Shown: positions 50,598 through 63,185, counted from the whole stretch's first letter. The stretch: DNA of 63,509 nucleotides, filler included, from Licmophora abbreviata (GCA_900291995.1; 11 parts of 11 records of this genome joined end to end with filler, not necessarily neighbours in it); one strand, 5' to 3'. Made by a program: numbers and translations. Notes: generated from the sequence alone by a model not told the origin.

Positions 50598-52316
50598 ATG
50601 GCCGTGCTTACCCGCCGCAAGAGGGCAGCCAAGGGCCTGAGTGCCCCAGACGTGTCCCTAGAACAGGTATGTGTACGGTGTACGATGTACGATGTACGAT
50701 GTACGATGTATGATTTACATGAGATAAGATCTACAGTGATACCGGTATAACTGTGCACTGTGCACTGTGCACTGTATCATACACTACAGATCGAAGGACA
50801 TTGAACATGCATACCTAGACTGCTAGTAAAACTTATACATGCAAACACTCTTATTTCTTCTGTCCCTCAGAACGCTGAGTCGCCAAAGTCCAAGAAGGAG
50901 AAGAGCGTCGACAACAAACAAACCAATACGGCGTACTTCCGACAGGCAGTGTCAAACTTTCTCTACGAACCAGTGCACCCCGTCAATCTCGCCGTCTTTC
51001 GATTCTTCTTCTTCTGGTCCCTCCGACACTATCGCCCCTACGATGTTCCTCTCAAGTCTGGATTCCCACCCGAAATGAGAGTCCCACCGCCCGGCTACCA
51101 CTCCTTCTTCCACCTCATTCCCATTTCGCCATCCCTCACCCAGCGCCTCTTGCCCCTCTTTGACTGGGCCTGCAATTTCGCCATGCTGGGATTCTGCTAC
51201 GAGCCTGCGGCATGGATCGCTGCCCTCCTCTCCACCTACCTCTTTGGTATTCCCCAGTGTTTTGGAAAGATTGATCACAATCATCATTTGATCTGGTTTG
51301 CACTCGTCCTCGCGGCGAGTCCGTCTGCGGCGCATGCACTCTCGCTCGATCGACTCATGGCACGTTACTTCTTTGGAAAAACTACCTACAAGCTTCGCGC
51401 ATCTTGGATCTACGGCATTCCGCTCAAAATCGTCATGCTCTTAATGTCCGTATGCTACTTCTTTCCGGGATACTACAAGATCATCCACTCGGGCTACGAT
51501 TGGGTCTTTGGAGATGCCCTACGGAACGCCATGCACACCATTTGGCTAGATCAACGCGATGATTTCAAACCTCTCTTTGCCCTCGATCACTACCCTCTTC
51601 TCTGCAGGATCGGGGCGGTCGCCACCATTGTCTTTGAGTTCTTTTACCCCCTCTTCTTAATTCACCCCACATCGCGACTGGCCATTGCTGCGATTGGCAT
51701 GTCCTTTCATATAGGCGTCGAACTCTTCATGGCCATTCAGTTCCGTCATTTGCTGTGGATGTACGTTGTCTTTATCGACTGGCACTGGCTCTTTCAGATC
51801 GGTTCCAGTATTGTCCAGCGGATCCACACTCGCATGACCATACCCGCGTACAACGACTCGCAGCATCCGAAGGAGTCCTTGCGCCTGGGAGTTGCAATCG
51901 GTGCAACCTTGCTCCTTGCAAACACTGTGGTTGGATTTACTTCCGTTCGTCACAACTCTTGGCCGATTGGGACCTATCCGACATGGTCCAACAAGTGGCC
52001 GGACAGTGCCTGGAGGGTTTCAGTGTATTACAAGAACGCAGATGAAGAAGTAAGGATCCCGACGAGTCAACTCAATGAATTGTTCCATGGACGATCCGAC
52101 GAGTGGAGAGCGGTACAGGGCAAAATGACCGCGTGGCCTATCAGTGACGAGGACGTTCTCAAACTCTGTACATCGCTGCGAGAGGTGCTCGAACCAGCAG
52201 TACCTGCTCTTCGGGAGGAAGGATCAAAGATGGTCGCGTACAAGGATGAGCGGTGGGCCGATCCACAGAAACATGAGGGGGAACCGAAACAGCGATTTCC
52301 GTTTTGTACGTTGTGA
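50598..52316 (+). CDS. HTTM-like polytopic membrane protein; intron 50667-50870
   Basis: Exon 1 MAVLTRRKR...EQ splices in phase 0. NLAVFRFF, HALSLD, YFFPGYYKI..G.DW..G, FEFFYP, FHIGVELFM and WPIGTYPTWS resemble HTTM/vitamin K-dependent carboxylase-like membrane domains. Confidence 0.72.
50689..50775. repeat. Intronic 7-bp minisatellites (TGTACGA)4 and (CTGTGCA)3
   Basis: Seen directly at ~50689-50710 and ~50751-50775. Confidence 0.8.
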
Positions 52317-52600
52317 AGCAATGGTAGTTCGTCTATCTACCGTGCGCAGTCTCCCTACTGTAGATAAGAGGCCTATAGACTAGTATAGGAACGATGTTGT
52401 CGATCGTTGCTCGAGCGTTAAGAGTGGATCAAATCACTCTCACATTTGCTTCTCTGCTTTTTCGTTCGTGCCCGATGCAGTCTAGCGGCGAAAGCAAGTC
52501 ACTCACACCTGGTGACTGTGGGCAAGTCCATGGACTGTGGCGACGAGCAACTCTGCAAGTCCTCACCAGCTTGTGGTTTTAATTATTGTCATCCTCGCGC

Positions 52601-54031
52601 TCAGGTCTCGAGCTGTTTTAGCGCTTGCAGGAGCTCCATCTGACTGCGGGTCCTGATCGTGGACCGCCGGATTGCCATATGCGATCTCCTCTTGCTCTTT
52701 TCTCTCCCCTTGAGAAAATATGTCTCCATTTCTCCAATCCCCTTGACAGAAACAGCACCCCGCTTTTCAAACTCAAATTCAGTGCCCGACACGGCATCGA
52801 CCACCGCCTGGGTAACTTGCACACGACCGGGAACGCCCGTGGACTCCATTCTCGACGCAACGTTCACTGCATCTCCCCAAATATCGTATAAAAAGCGCTT
52901 GGTCCCCACCACACCCGCCACAACAGGACCCGTATTGATACCGACGCGCATGCTGAGTGGAAACCCGCCGTTGTTATCATTGTTGTAATTGTTAATCTCG
53001 TGAATGACATCCATGGCGAAATGACAAACGGCGGCACATGTCTTGGGAGGATCCTTGCAGCCGGGGATGGATGTGACCATATCTAAAGAGACGGCGGAAG
53101 CAACAGAGCGGGAGTCAAGAATCTTTACTAAAGAGCAAGATCAAACCGTCGAATGCGCCTGGACACAGTCAAACTTACAACAATCACCAATTGTCTTGAC
53201 CTTGTTGAGACCATAGTCGTCAAGTCGGGCGTCAAACCTGGAGAAAACGTCGTTAAGGAACTGGACGACCTGTATTGGTTCCAGTGAGTTACTCTTCTCG
53301 GTAAAGCCAACAATGTCCGCAAACAGAATCTAGTGGGAGGAGAATGAGAGACAGATGAGTTCGAAAGACTACTTGTGGCTAGCTAGGGAGACGGGACCCA
53401 TGTAGGTCTTTTGACGTACCGTGGCTTCCGCAAAGTGGTCAGCAATGTGCGTCGGGTCGTCTTTCAAACGATGGGCGATTTCGGCAGGGAGCATATTAAA
53501 CAAGAGTGCCTCTGCCGCCCGTTTCTCAACTGCCAATTCAATGGCCTTGAGCTCGTCAGTAGTGTCTTGGATAAAACCAACCAAGAGGTTCGAACAATTT
53601 GGAAGTTTCTGAATCCCAATACGACAGGGAAAGGTTGAATCGTCTTTCCGCCGAGCGATTTCAGGACGTTTCACTCCCAAAGCCCGAGAAGTTCTCCCCC
53701 TTTCCTTGAATTTGAGCATGTACTCGTCGTGCCTAGCAGCATGCTCTGGATCTCCAACGAGAATGCTGCAATTCTGGCCTTCGAGCTCTTTTGTACTGTC
53801 GTAGCCGAAGACCTTCGCAGCCGCCGAATTGACTTTCACAATGATCCCTTCTTCGTCCACGAGAAAGGTAGCCTCGAAGCTCGCTTCAAGAATGCTAGTG
53901 CTGAGCATGAGCTCGGAGGAACCTTCAGAAGAAGAGGCACAACGGAGAACGGATTTCTGAATTTCTTCGACGCCGTACTGTTTCATCAGACGACGAATTT
54001 CTCGGTCCATTTCAGCCTTCAAAGTAGACAT
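52601..54031 (-). CDS. Soluble PAS-domain class III adenylate cyclase; introns 53330-53419 and 53083-53178
   Basis: Spliced product: PAS (..HDEY..ARRKDDSTFP), LLFNMLPAEIA helix, ATILFADIVGFT, KVKTIGDCYM, MRVGINTGPVVAGVVG, YDIWGDAVNVASRMES. Lys/Asp specificity residues indicate ATP. Confidence 0.9.
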
Positions 54032-54463
54032 ACTTATCAATTTGCGCAGTTGAGGACAGTGCTGCTACGATACGGGCGCTAGAGGGACAGAAAGTCGCAG
54101 AAAACAGAAAACGTTCTTGCATGGTACTCTATAACAGCAAACAGCTCGGTCTTTTCGACTACTTTTCGTGCTCAACTCGGGTGTCGTGACTTGATCAATC
54201 GACGACTAGTGACTTGATATGGTATGATTCATGCTCGTGATTCAAGACATTCACGACACAAAAGCTCGTGTTTGAAGACAACTCGCCCCTCGCTTTCGTC
54301 CCATGATGCAAGACGACCACGACAGGAGGGAACAGGGATATACATACCGCTTTTGTTTCTTTGCTAATAGACGACGGTGAGAAGTGCCTGGCAATAGCAT
54401 CAGGTGTCAGGTTACCGTTGATGTACACATACAAGAACCAATAAGGAGTCAGGGATCTACAAC

Positions 54464-56066
54464 CTACAACTCAGTAGATATCCGAGTTCGCGGCTTGACA
54501 ACTCTCTTCTTCTGCTTTCCTGTACGCGATTTGCTGTCCCTGACGACTTCCTCTTCTTCGAACTCGTCGTCCTCGAGCGGTTCGAACTGGTCCTCCCACC
54601 CGCGCTGTGGTCTATGATGCTGCTCCCCATACTGGTCTTCGATGGCCAGCTTTCCATGAACGTCTTCGTCGTGGTACGTCCAGTGGTATTCTACTCGACG
54701 CTTGGGAGACTTGGCGCATCGAAACCCAACATTGCCTGTCGTTGTTGTGCCGTGAATGGTCGATCGTGCCCCCAATGTAGCGGCATGATTCGTACTCCCA
54801 TCCAAGGAGTCAACGTAGCTACCGCCTCTGACAATACGCGCTTTGTGTTTGCCCCCTCGCATCCATTCCCATACATTCCCAGTCATATCGAAAAAGCCCA
54901 TGCCGTTTGGAGGGTACGCCCTAACCGGAGACGTCCCTCTCCACCCATCCTCCGCATGGTTCTCGTAGGGAAAAGATCCGTTGCCCCACAGATTGGTATG
55001 TTGCATCCATCCATCCGTCGACTCGCCCCAGTCATACAGAGTTCGATTGGTCGGACCGTAATTTCCAGCACGAGCCGCGGCCTCCCATTCCCGCTCTCCT
55101 GGCAGGCGTTTTCCCACCCACTGACAATACTCGGCAGCATCGCGATGCGACACGTGAACCACAGGATGGTCTTCGCGATACTTGTAGGAACTCTCTGGCC
55201 CTTCGGGCCTTCGCCAGTACGCTCCTTCCACTGCCACCCAGTGTTCTGCTTCAGGGTCAACTTCTTCGGTGGGAGATGTGGACGGGAGAAAGCTAGCAAG
55301 GACAAAGCTCCATTCATATTTTTCGGCTTCTGTCTCATAGTAAGTTGCTCGAACGAACTTTCCAAACTCCTTGTTGGTAACGAGCGAGGTGTCCATAAAG
55401 AAAGGTTCCACGTAAACGATCTTTGGCGGCATGACGCCTCCGTCCAACGGATGTTCATCTACCGGCACATCAGACATCAGCGACGATACAAAATATTCAT
55501 GAGAAAGATGGCAAAGAATCCAAAAAAACAGAGTCATGAACATGGACGTACCAACATGGCCAAAGGGTTTCGGTCCATCCTGTGACACCTCATTGTGCCG
55601 CCGCTCTTTTAGTATCTCTTCCCTGGTCTTGGTCGGATAGTTTCGATCTGCGACGTCCCCGAAGATGGAATGGTGATGATTGTGAAGATCTTGTTCCTCA
55701 ATCTGTTTATGCGTTTCATCAAAGGCCGTCCCAAAGATATATGTGACTCCATTGCTGACGGGGCTATCGAAATCGATTCGAAGACCGGAATCAGGATCTA
55801 GCCGGCCGACGTAGCTGGACGAGACGAGAGAGGCAGAGAGTGAGTCCAGCTTGCAAGCCAATCTCTGACCTGAAGAACAAGCAAGGAGTCCCACCCTCGC
55901 TCCCACGCACGAGACGATGCATGAAAAGCAAACAGACTTACATCATGTTTTCATAGTCTTCGTTGTTGGGATCAGGCTGCAGATCTTCCTGTTCCAGTGA
56001 ATCGGCATCGACTGAAAAAGACGTTCGGAAGAGCAGGAACAGCCATGAAAACAGGGCGGTCCTCAT
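54464..56066 (-). CDS. Formylglycine-generating-enzyme family protein, SUMF2-like (no catalytic Cys pair); introns 55815-55941 and probably 55459-55551
   Basis: Signal peptide MRTALFSWLFLLFRTSFS; HPVVHVSH.DA..YC.W.GKRLP.E.EWE, DMTGNVWEW, RGGSYVDSLDGSTNH, GFRC; C-terminal STEL. Confidence 0.85.
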
Positions 56067-56637
56067 TATTATTTGGAGGACGTGGAAAATGGGAAACAGT
56101 CTGCAGTGCATTGCTTTGGCGTACTGTTTTTGTCAAGCTTCAGATTTGATTGCTGCGGTTTGGAACGCCGAAATTGAAAACAGACCAATGCGAATTGAAA
56201 ATATCGCACGGGATGACGTATATCATACTAGTGCAACGAGCAGAGACCACACCACTACAGTATCGTTGCATCCCCACAGAATGAATCAAACTTATCAGCC
56301 GCCGTCGTCCATGTGCATTGGCGAATGGAACAGAAACGAGAACAGAGTGTCTCACTCGAGATTGAGACGCGAGCTAAAACAATTAAAAACATTGCCTGGC
56401 TTCGGTACCATGTTGAATGTGCTACGTACAACCTTTACCGGTATCATACGTCGTATCATATCGTATCTACTTGTACCTGGTACGTCAGCGATTCGATTCT
56501 TATCTCTGTCGGCTGTCGGCCGTCGAGCAGGCGAACCGAGCCCTCTCTCCCTCTCAACCATGCTCTGGCCAATCTAGACTACAGTCTACCTTTCATACAG
56601 ACACACACACAGAGCACCCTAACTCCTACAATCCACA

Positions 56638-57231
56638 ATGATTCGCAATTTGAAATTGACGATTTTTATGCTCTGTGTGGCTCTTGCGGAACACTGCAGC
56701 AATGGATTTACGATACCGGTACCAGTAGCGCCAGCGAAGACTCTGCGGACCAGGTGCTCGACCAGACCTCCGATTCTCCAATTCTCATCACAGCAGCAGC
56801 TGATGCGAGGATATTCATCCCCTTCTGGCAGTGCACCCCACCTTCTGTTTTCATCTTCGCAAGAAAATGACCCAGAGCCCATCCAAGAAAAGAAGTCCAA
56901 TCTGCCCATGCTCTTGGACCCCGGTACAAAGGGTGGCGCCCTCTTCCTCAGCCTCGTCTTGTTCATCATTCCGCTTGTCGGCTACTCGGTCGCCACGTCT
57001 TTCTTTGGGTTCGACGAGCTCGAAACTGGAAAATGGATTGGAGCTGGATTCACCGTCCTCATCTGTATCCTGTGGCTTTCGACTTATCTCTTTCGAGTCG
57101 CTACCAAGGACATGACGTACGCGCAGCAGCTGCGAGACTATGAGAATGCCGTCATCGCCAAGCGACTGGAAGAGCTCGACGAGGACGAAGTTCAGGCCCT
57201 CGTCGAGGATATCGAGCGTGATGATTTCTAA
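56638..57231 (+). CDS. Plastid DUF3007 family membrane protein
   Basis: Presequence ...CSNG|FTIP; two TM segments; TYLFRVATKDMTYAQQLRDYE.AV..KRLEEL. Confidence 0.85.
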   Translation: MIRNLKLTIFMLCVALAEHCSNGFTIPVPVAPAKTLRTRCSTRPPILQFSSQQQLMRGYSSPSGSAPHLLFSSSQENDPEPIQEKKSNLPMLLDPGTKGGALFLSLVLFIIPLVGYSVATSFFGFDELETGKWIGAGFTVLICILWLSTYLFRVATKDMTYAQQLRDYENAVIAKRLEELDEDEVQALVEDIERDDF

Positions 57232-57478
57232 AGAACACGATACGCTGGATCACTCACTGCCTCGCAAACTGCTAAAGCTCCGAGAGATCTGGGGAACACT
57301 TTAATGTACTACGTCAGAACACACAGCAAATAGCTAGTTCGCTTCATCTCCTAGTACTCTAAGCTATAAGTATCCCTGTCGTGATTTCAGCTTTTAGGTA
57401 CTGGCGCATGGAAAGGGCCCGTGTCTCGCCGTCTGTTCCTCGTAGATGCTCTGGTCTCATGTCGCCGACCAAGGTGTC

Positions 57479-58073
57479 TTACGTACTAACACGAGCATTG
57501 ATGCGTTCGTTGAAGGTACGAGGAGAAGCAGGAAGCGCCGTAAAGTAGCGCTCGTATTTCTTGAACATGTCCTTGTCGTGCTTCGTGAGTCCCTCGATAC
57601 TGTAGATGTCCTTCACCTTTTCATAGGGACCATGGCTGGCAATCTTTCCGGCTGCCGAGGGGAACATGCCCGGCAGCTGCTTGTAGTCACCCTGCAGCAT
57701 ACAATGACGAGAGTGAGCGAAATCTAGTAACCCAATTAGCGAGAACTCTATTTCATGCCGTCACGAGCCATGACCTGACTTTTGTACTCACCACGAATGC
57801 GGAGTTCAGATCGAGCTTATCTCCCGTTGCTTGCTGAGCAGCAACGATCTCATCATCACGTGCAAAGATCCTGTCGGATCCAATGCCCGCCTGGGACTGG
57901 TAGGCCGACTGGTAAGCAGTGGCAGGACCCACGGCGAGAAAGGCAAGGCCAGTCGCGAGCATCTCACGACGATCGACCATCTGCAGTTTCGTGGTCTTCT
58001 TGGTAAGGCGAGTGCTGGGGGCGAAGGCGAAACACGCCAAGGGCATGAGAGAAAGAAAGGCAAAAATCTTCAT
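57479..58073 (-). CDS. psbU: Photosystem II 12-kDa extrinsic protein PsbU(-like); intron 57692-57791
   Basis: MKIFAFLSLMPLACFA|FAP presequence, RR lumenal peptide (DRREMLA..ATA), KLDLNSAFVGDYKQLPGMFPSAAGKIASHGPYEKVKDIYSIEGLT. Confidence 0.85.
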
Positions 58074-58951
58074 GGCAGGAAAAGAGCGAGGGGGGCAGAC
58101 GAGACTCAAAGGAAGATGAGAATTAGCAAAGAAGAGCACAGGTGATCCTGGTTTGTGAGAGTGATGAGAACTCTTCTGTCAGTTCCAGGCCGAGCCATCA
58201 ACGTCAAAAACTTAAAACTTGCCATCAGCCATCAGCCGCGTCCATCAAAGATTCGCCCCGGAGCACTCCCCAGCCCCCGGTCATTCCGCTTTGCAAAATA
58301 TTGACATCTGAATTGATCAGTCGAATGCCTTGTGGTAAGCGACCGATGAGGAGTGCCTCGGGGAAATTCTCAATTTGAATTTGAATGGAATGGCCTCACA
58401 TCCCCATTAACTCTTCTCGCGGAGTCGAAGTAGCTGTACGACTATGTACTCAAACCACCGACACCCGAGTCTCCATTTCGTCCTTCCTTCAGAACTCCTA
58501 TCGTACTCTTTTCTGGGTCTGCAGCCATATCATACTAGTATGGCTACAAGAAGGTGTCATACTTGCACGGGTCTGTAGCACTACATATAATCCTTGGGAG
58601 TGCGTACCTTTCAAAAGCTGAAGTCACCATTAAAACTGTAAGCTCAAGCTACATATCGCGCTGGTCATGTGCTGCCAGCTGTCAGCAAGAAGGATCGATG
58701 GAAGCATTTGAGCGAAAGCATGCATACTCTTGTCGCGACCAGGAATTGACTAGGTAGTAAGCAATAAGTTCCAAAAATCGAATGCAACATGCTGTTCTAT
58801 GTAGGAGCTCGTACATTGACACCACCCTTCTGCTCACCGACTTGAGTATCCNNNNNNNNNNNNNNNNNNNNNNNNNNNNNNNNNNNNNNNNNNNNTTAAT
58901 TAATTAANNNNNNNNNNNNNNNNNNNNNNNNNNNNNNNNNNNNNNNNNNNN

Positions 58952-59017
58952 GTGGAACAGCACCACCGGCACCACCGCCACCGTGCGCAGCCCGTCGATC
59001 TCAGCTCTGTACTTCAT
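58952..59017 (-). CDS. Bacterial acyltransferase-3 (OafA/YrhL) N-terminal fragment, third copy
   Basis: MKYRAEIDGLRTVAVVPVVLFH; truncated by spacer. Confidence 0.8.
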
Positions 59018-59061
59018 GGCGCGGGCCTTTTGGATGTCGAGTTGCTCATCATGTCGCTCGT

Positions 59062-60127
59062 TCACTCGGCCCGGTTACGGGTGAGACCCCAGAAATCATG
59101 CCTTGCACCCAGCCATCTCGAGCCGGGGATCGAAAGGTGGCCTGCATCGCGATAGAGCACGACGCCGTCCTGCACCACATCGCAGCGCGTGCCGTCGCAA
59201 ATCATGTCTTCGAGGGTCACGACCGGCACCACTTGCGGCAACCAGTCGAAGAATGTCTCGAGTGTCGCGTTGCGGGCGCTGGCCTGATCGAAGTCGCAAT
59301 AGGCTTCGTCGTCGAGATAGGCGATCGCCTTGACCGCACAAGTGCCGAGATCCGTGCCGAGGTTCGGTGTAGGTGCAAATACGATGACCTTCTTGCCAAG
59401 CGCGCGAATGGCGGTGATGGTTTGCTGCATGGCTCGGATCAGCAGGTCGGTGTTGTCACCTGCGGGGATGATCTCTCCTTCGGAGCTGAGCAGATTGGTG
59501 CCGACCAGATGGAAAGGTGATGACAACACCACATGCGTGACGCTGTCCTGGCCCGCCAGCCACTCAAGGGTGCGCGCGTTGAAACTCAGGCAATGCAGCG
59601 CGTGTTCGGTGGCCCGGTCGGTCGTGGCGGTCACGCCGAGGACAGGGCTGCAGGAATAGATCGTGCTTTGCTTGAGAACCGGGGCGCGGTCCGAGGCCAG
59701 AAAGCCCGGCACCAGATGCATGGCATAGCTATCGCCCCAGATCAGAAGCTCGGGTGCGTCGCCGGTGCGGCAGGCTTCGGGCGCTTTGAAGCTGTCGGCG
59801 CAGGCATCGTTCAGCCCGTGATTGATGCGCAGGGATTGTCCATAGGTGCGCATCATCGGGCTGGAAAATGCGGCATTGCTCCAGTCGGCGGATTTGCCTG
59901 CGATACCGATTGCCGCGAAGGCGGCGATGCCGGCGAGGCTGGCGCCGAAGAGGGCGGGGCGCGCGGGCAGGAGCATGCGGTGGGGGCCTGAGCGGAAGGG
60001 CTGTTCGACATAGCGCCAGGTGAGGGCGGCAAGCGCGAAACTGGCCAGCGCCAGCCCGCTCATGAGCCAAAGGGATGGCTCATGCAGGCTGCGGATGCGC
60101 GCGAAGGCCAGAAGCGGCTGGTGCCAG
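59062..60127 (-). CDS. Bacterial acyltransferase-3-SGNH fusion (OafA-like), 5' partial
   Basis: LWHQPLLAFAR...LTWRYVEQPFR, WGDSYA, YRDAGHLS. Confidence 0.85.
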
Positions 60128-60289
60128 NNNNNNNNNNNNNNNNNNNNNNNNNNNNNNNNNNNNNNNNNNNNTTAATTAATTAANNNNNNNNNNNNNNNNN
60201 NNNNNNNNNNNNNNNNNNNNNNNNNNNCGATCCGGCGTTGCGGCAGCGAGGCGATGTAGCGTTTGAGCGATGAAAGCACCATGACCGCG

Positions 60290-62156
60290 TCAGTTGCCCC
60301 CCGTTGTCTGGCTGACCTCGGAGAGGGAGCGCAATGCGTCGGCAAAGGTGTCCTGCAGGAGGGCGGCGCCATATGTCGACAGGTGGTCATCGTCGGTATA
60401 GGCCAGCGCGCCATCGAGGAACCACTGGTACTTGCCGTCCCGCAGGAAGGGTGCCGAGGTTTCGATCACCGTGACGCCATCGAGGGCGCGGATGATGTCG
60501 GAGGCCGATTTCTGCAGGTGGTCGTTTTCATCGGCGTTGACGGCGGTGTCGTGGAAATATGCCTGTGCCTCGGTCTCGTCCAATTGGCGGAAGATCGCCT
60601 TGTAGGTTACGTCGACGGGCACGGCCTTTTGCTGGGGCACTTGCTCGACGACCACCACATTCACGCCGAGGTCGCGGTAATGCTGAACCGTGGCGGGAAG
60701 GGTACGGCTGAGCACGTCATGCGAGGACTCGATCCCCCAGGATTGGGGGAACGGCTCTTCTGTGAGGAAGATGAGGTTGTCGGCGGGGTTGTATTCGCCG
60801 TGGGAATAGACCGACCAGCGGGCCGCGAGGATCACGGTGTCGACATCGTTTTCCGCCACGAACCGGGCCTGCGCGCTGGCGGTGGCGTGACAGGTGCCGA
60901 TATTCAGGGGGCCGCCCCAGATATAGGTGTCCAAGAGCGGCGGACAGCCGGGCAGGCCGGATTTGAGCACGGTGGCGTTTTGGGTCGAGGCGTATTTGTC
61001 CAGCGCGGGCAGGATCGCCTGCGCATGGCTGTCGCCGAAGACGGCGATGGTGCTGGAGGGGGTGCCATCGGCCTCGTAGACGCGGCAGATGACCTCGCTA
61101 TAGGACTCGAGATCGGGATTGGCATTCAGGTCGTAGCAGTTGGGAATGGGGCGCAGATCGACCGACGGATAAAGCGCGGTGCTGTAGAACGGCGTCATTT
61201 TCGCGGTGAGGCGCGCGTTGCTCCAGTCGGCGGCGAGGCCGGTGAAGCCGAAGGCGGCGAAAGCGGCGATGCCGGCGAGGCTGGCGCCGAAGAGGGCGGG
61301 GCGCGTGGGCAGGAGCATGCGGTGGGGGCCTGAGCGGAAGGGTTGCTCGACATAGCGCCAGGTGAGGGCCGCGAGGGCGAAGCTGGCCAGGGCCAGCCCG
61401 CTCATTAGCCAGAGCGAGGGTTCGTGCAGGCTGCGGATGCGGGCGAAGGCCAGAAGCGGCTGGTGCCAGAGATACGCCGAATAGCTGATCAGCCCGATCG
61501 CGACGGGAAGCTTGCGGGACAGGACCCAGGCGACGGCCGTGCCCTTTTGCGCGAAGAGCAGAACGAGGGCCGTGCCCACCACGGGGACCAAAGTGTAGAC
61601 CGAAGGAAAGGGCACCGAGGCGTCATAGGCGAAGACCGACCACAGGATCATGGCCATGCCGATGAGCGACAGGATCTGGTTGCCCCGAAGATCGCGGCGG
61701 AAGGCGATGAAGGCGCAAAGCGAGCCTGCGAAGAGCTCCCACATGCGGGAGAATGTGAAGAAGAAGTTTTCCTCGGGGTAATTGCGCCAGCCCCATTCGC
61801 TGAGCGCCAGCGACAGGAAGGCCAGCACCCCGATCACCGCGATATGTTTGCGGCGGGAAAACGCGCCCAAGGCGGCCATCAGCAGCGGGAAAAAGACGTA
61901 ATATTGCTCCTCGACCGCGAGGCTCCAGGTGTGCAGGAGCGGGCGCATTTCCGAGGCCTGGGCGAAATAGCCGGAATATTCCCAGAAATGCACGTTCGAG
62001 ATGAAAAGGGCGGCAAAAGCGAGGCTGCGCAGGAAATCCTGGAAGGCGTCGGGCGGCATCCAGGCCCAGGCGAAGGGCAGGGTGGCGGCGAGCACGACGA
62101 AAAGCGCGGGCAGGATGCGGCGGGCGCGGCGCTCGTAGAAGCGCAGGATGGAAAAT
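60290..62156 (-). CDS. Bacterial acyltransferase-3-SGNH fusion (OafA-like O-acyltransferase), 5' partial
   Basis: FYERRARRILPA, LLHTWSLAVEEQYY, IGLISYSAYLWHQP, FGDSHA, YTDDDHLS. Confidence 0.92.
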
Positions 62157-62256
62157 NNNNNNNNNNNNNNNNNNNNNNNNNNNNNNNNNNNNNNNNNNNN
62201 TTAATTAATTAANNNNNNNNNNNNNNNNNNNNNNNNNNNNNNNNNNNNNNNNNNNN

Positions 62257-63027
62257 CAGATTCGCACCCTTGCCGCCCAATTCCAGGCTGACCCGCTTGA
62301 GCGTGTCGGCAGCGGCCTTGGAGATCAGTTTGCCCGCGCGCGAAGAGCCTGTGAAGCTGACCATGTCGACATGCTCGTGGGTCGACAGCTGTGTGCCCAC
62401 GCCCGCGCCATCGCCATTCACCAGGTTGAACACGCCTTTGGGAAAGCCTGCCTCGTGCATCATCTCGGCGAAGAGCATGGCCGAGAGCGGCGATTCCTCG
62501 GACGGTTTGAGCACCATGGTGCAGCCCGCGATAACACCCGCGATCACCTTGAGCGTGACCTGGTTCATCGGCCAGTTCCAGGGCGTGATCATCGCCACCA
62601 CCCCGATGGGTTCATGCACGATCCGGTCATTGGGGGCGTGAGCGCCAAGCGGTTCCATGAACTCGAAATCCTGTGCGACGGTCAGGAACGCCTTGATATG
62701 GCCAAGGCCCGCGCCGGCCTGTTGCTGGCGAGCCATGTCGATGGGCGCGCCCATTTCCATGCTGATGGCCTGGGCCATCTCTTCGGAGCGGGATTTGTAG
62801 ACGTCATAGAGCTTTTCGACGAGCGCCAGCCTCTCGGCCTTGCTGGTACCGCACCATGCGGGAAAGGCCGCGTGAGCAGCGGCGACGGCCGCATCGGTAT
62901 CGGCCTGACCGCCAAGCGAGATCACCGCGCAGGGATCTTCGGTGGAGGGGTCGATCACGTGGTAATCGGTTCCGGCGCGGGCATCGACCCAGGCACCATC
63001 AATGTAGAATTGCCGTTTTTCGATCAT
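62257..63027 (-). CDS. Bacterial aldehyde dehydrogenase, 3' partial
   Basis: FYIDGAWV, ITPWNWP, LKPSE, SFTGS, LELGGKG; Shine-Dalgarno AGGAGG ~8 bp upstream of ATG. Confidence 0.92.
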
Positions 63028-63185
63028 TGGCTGACCTCCTTGAATTTGGGGGCAGCTTGTCAGGCGGATGCGGTGATCGCAAGGCGGGAGAGGCGGTGGA
63101 TCGGAGGAATTTGATCAAATTGTGATGGGGGCTGCGGACTGGCTCGACAATATCGCGGATGAAAGGGCTCTGAAGTGACGATCTA

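Noticed and set aside
55963..56577. 204-aa + strand ORF
   Set aside because: No motifs; overlaps the SUMF2-like first exon antisense and the divergent promoter
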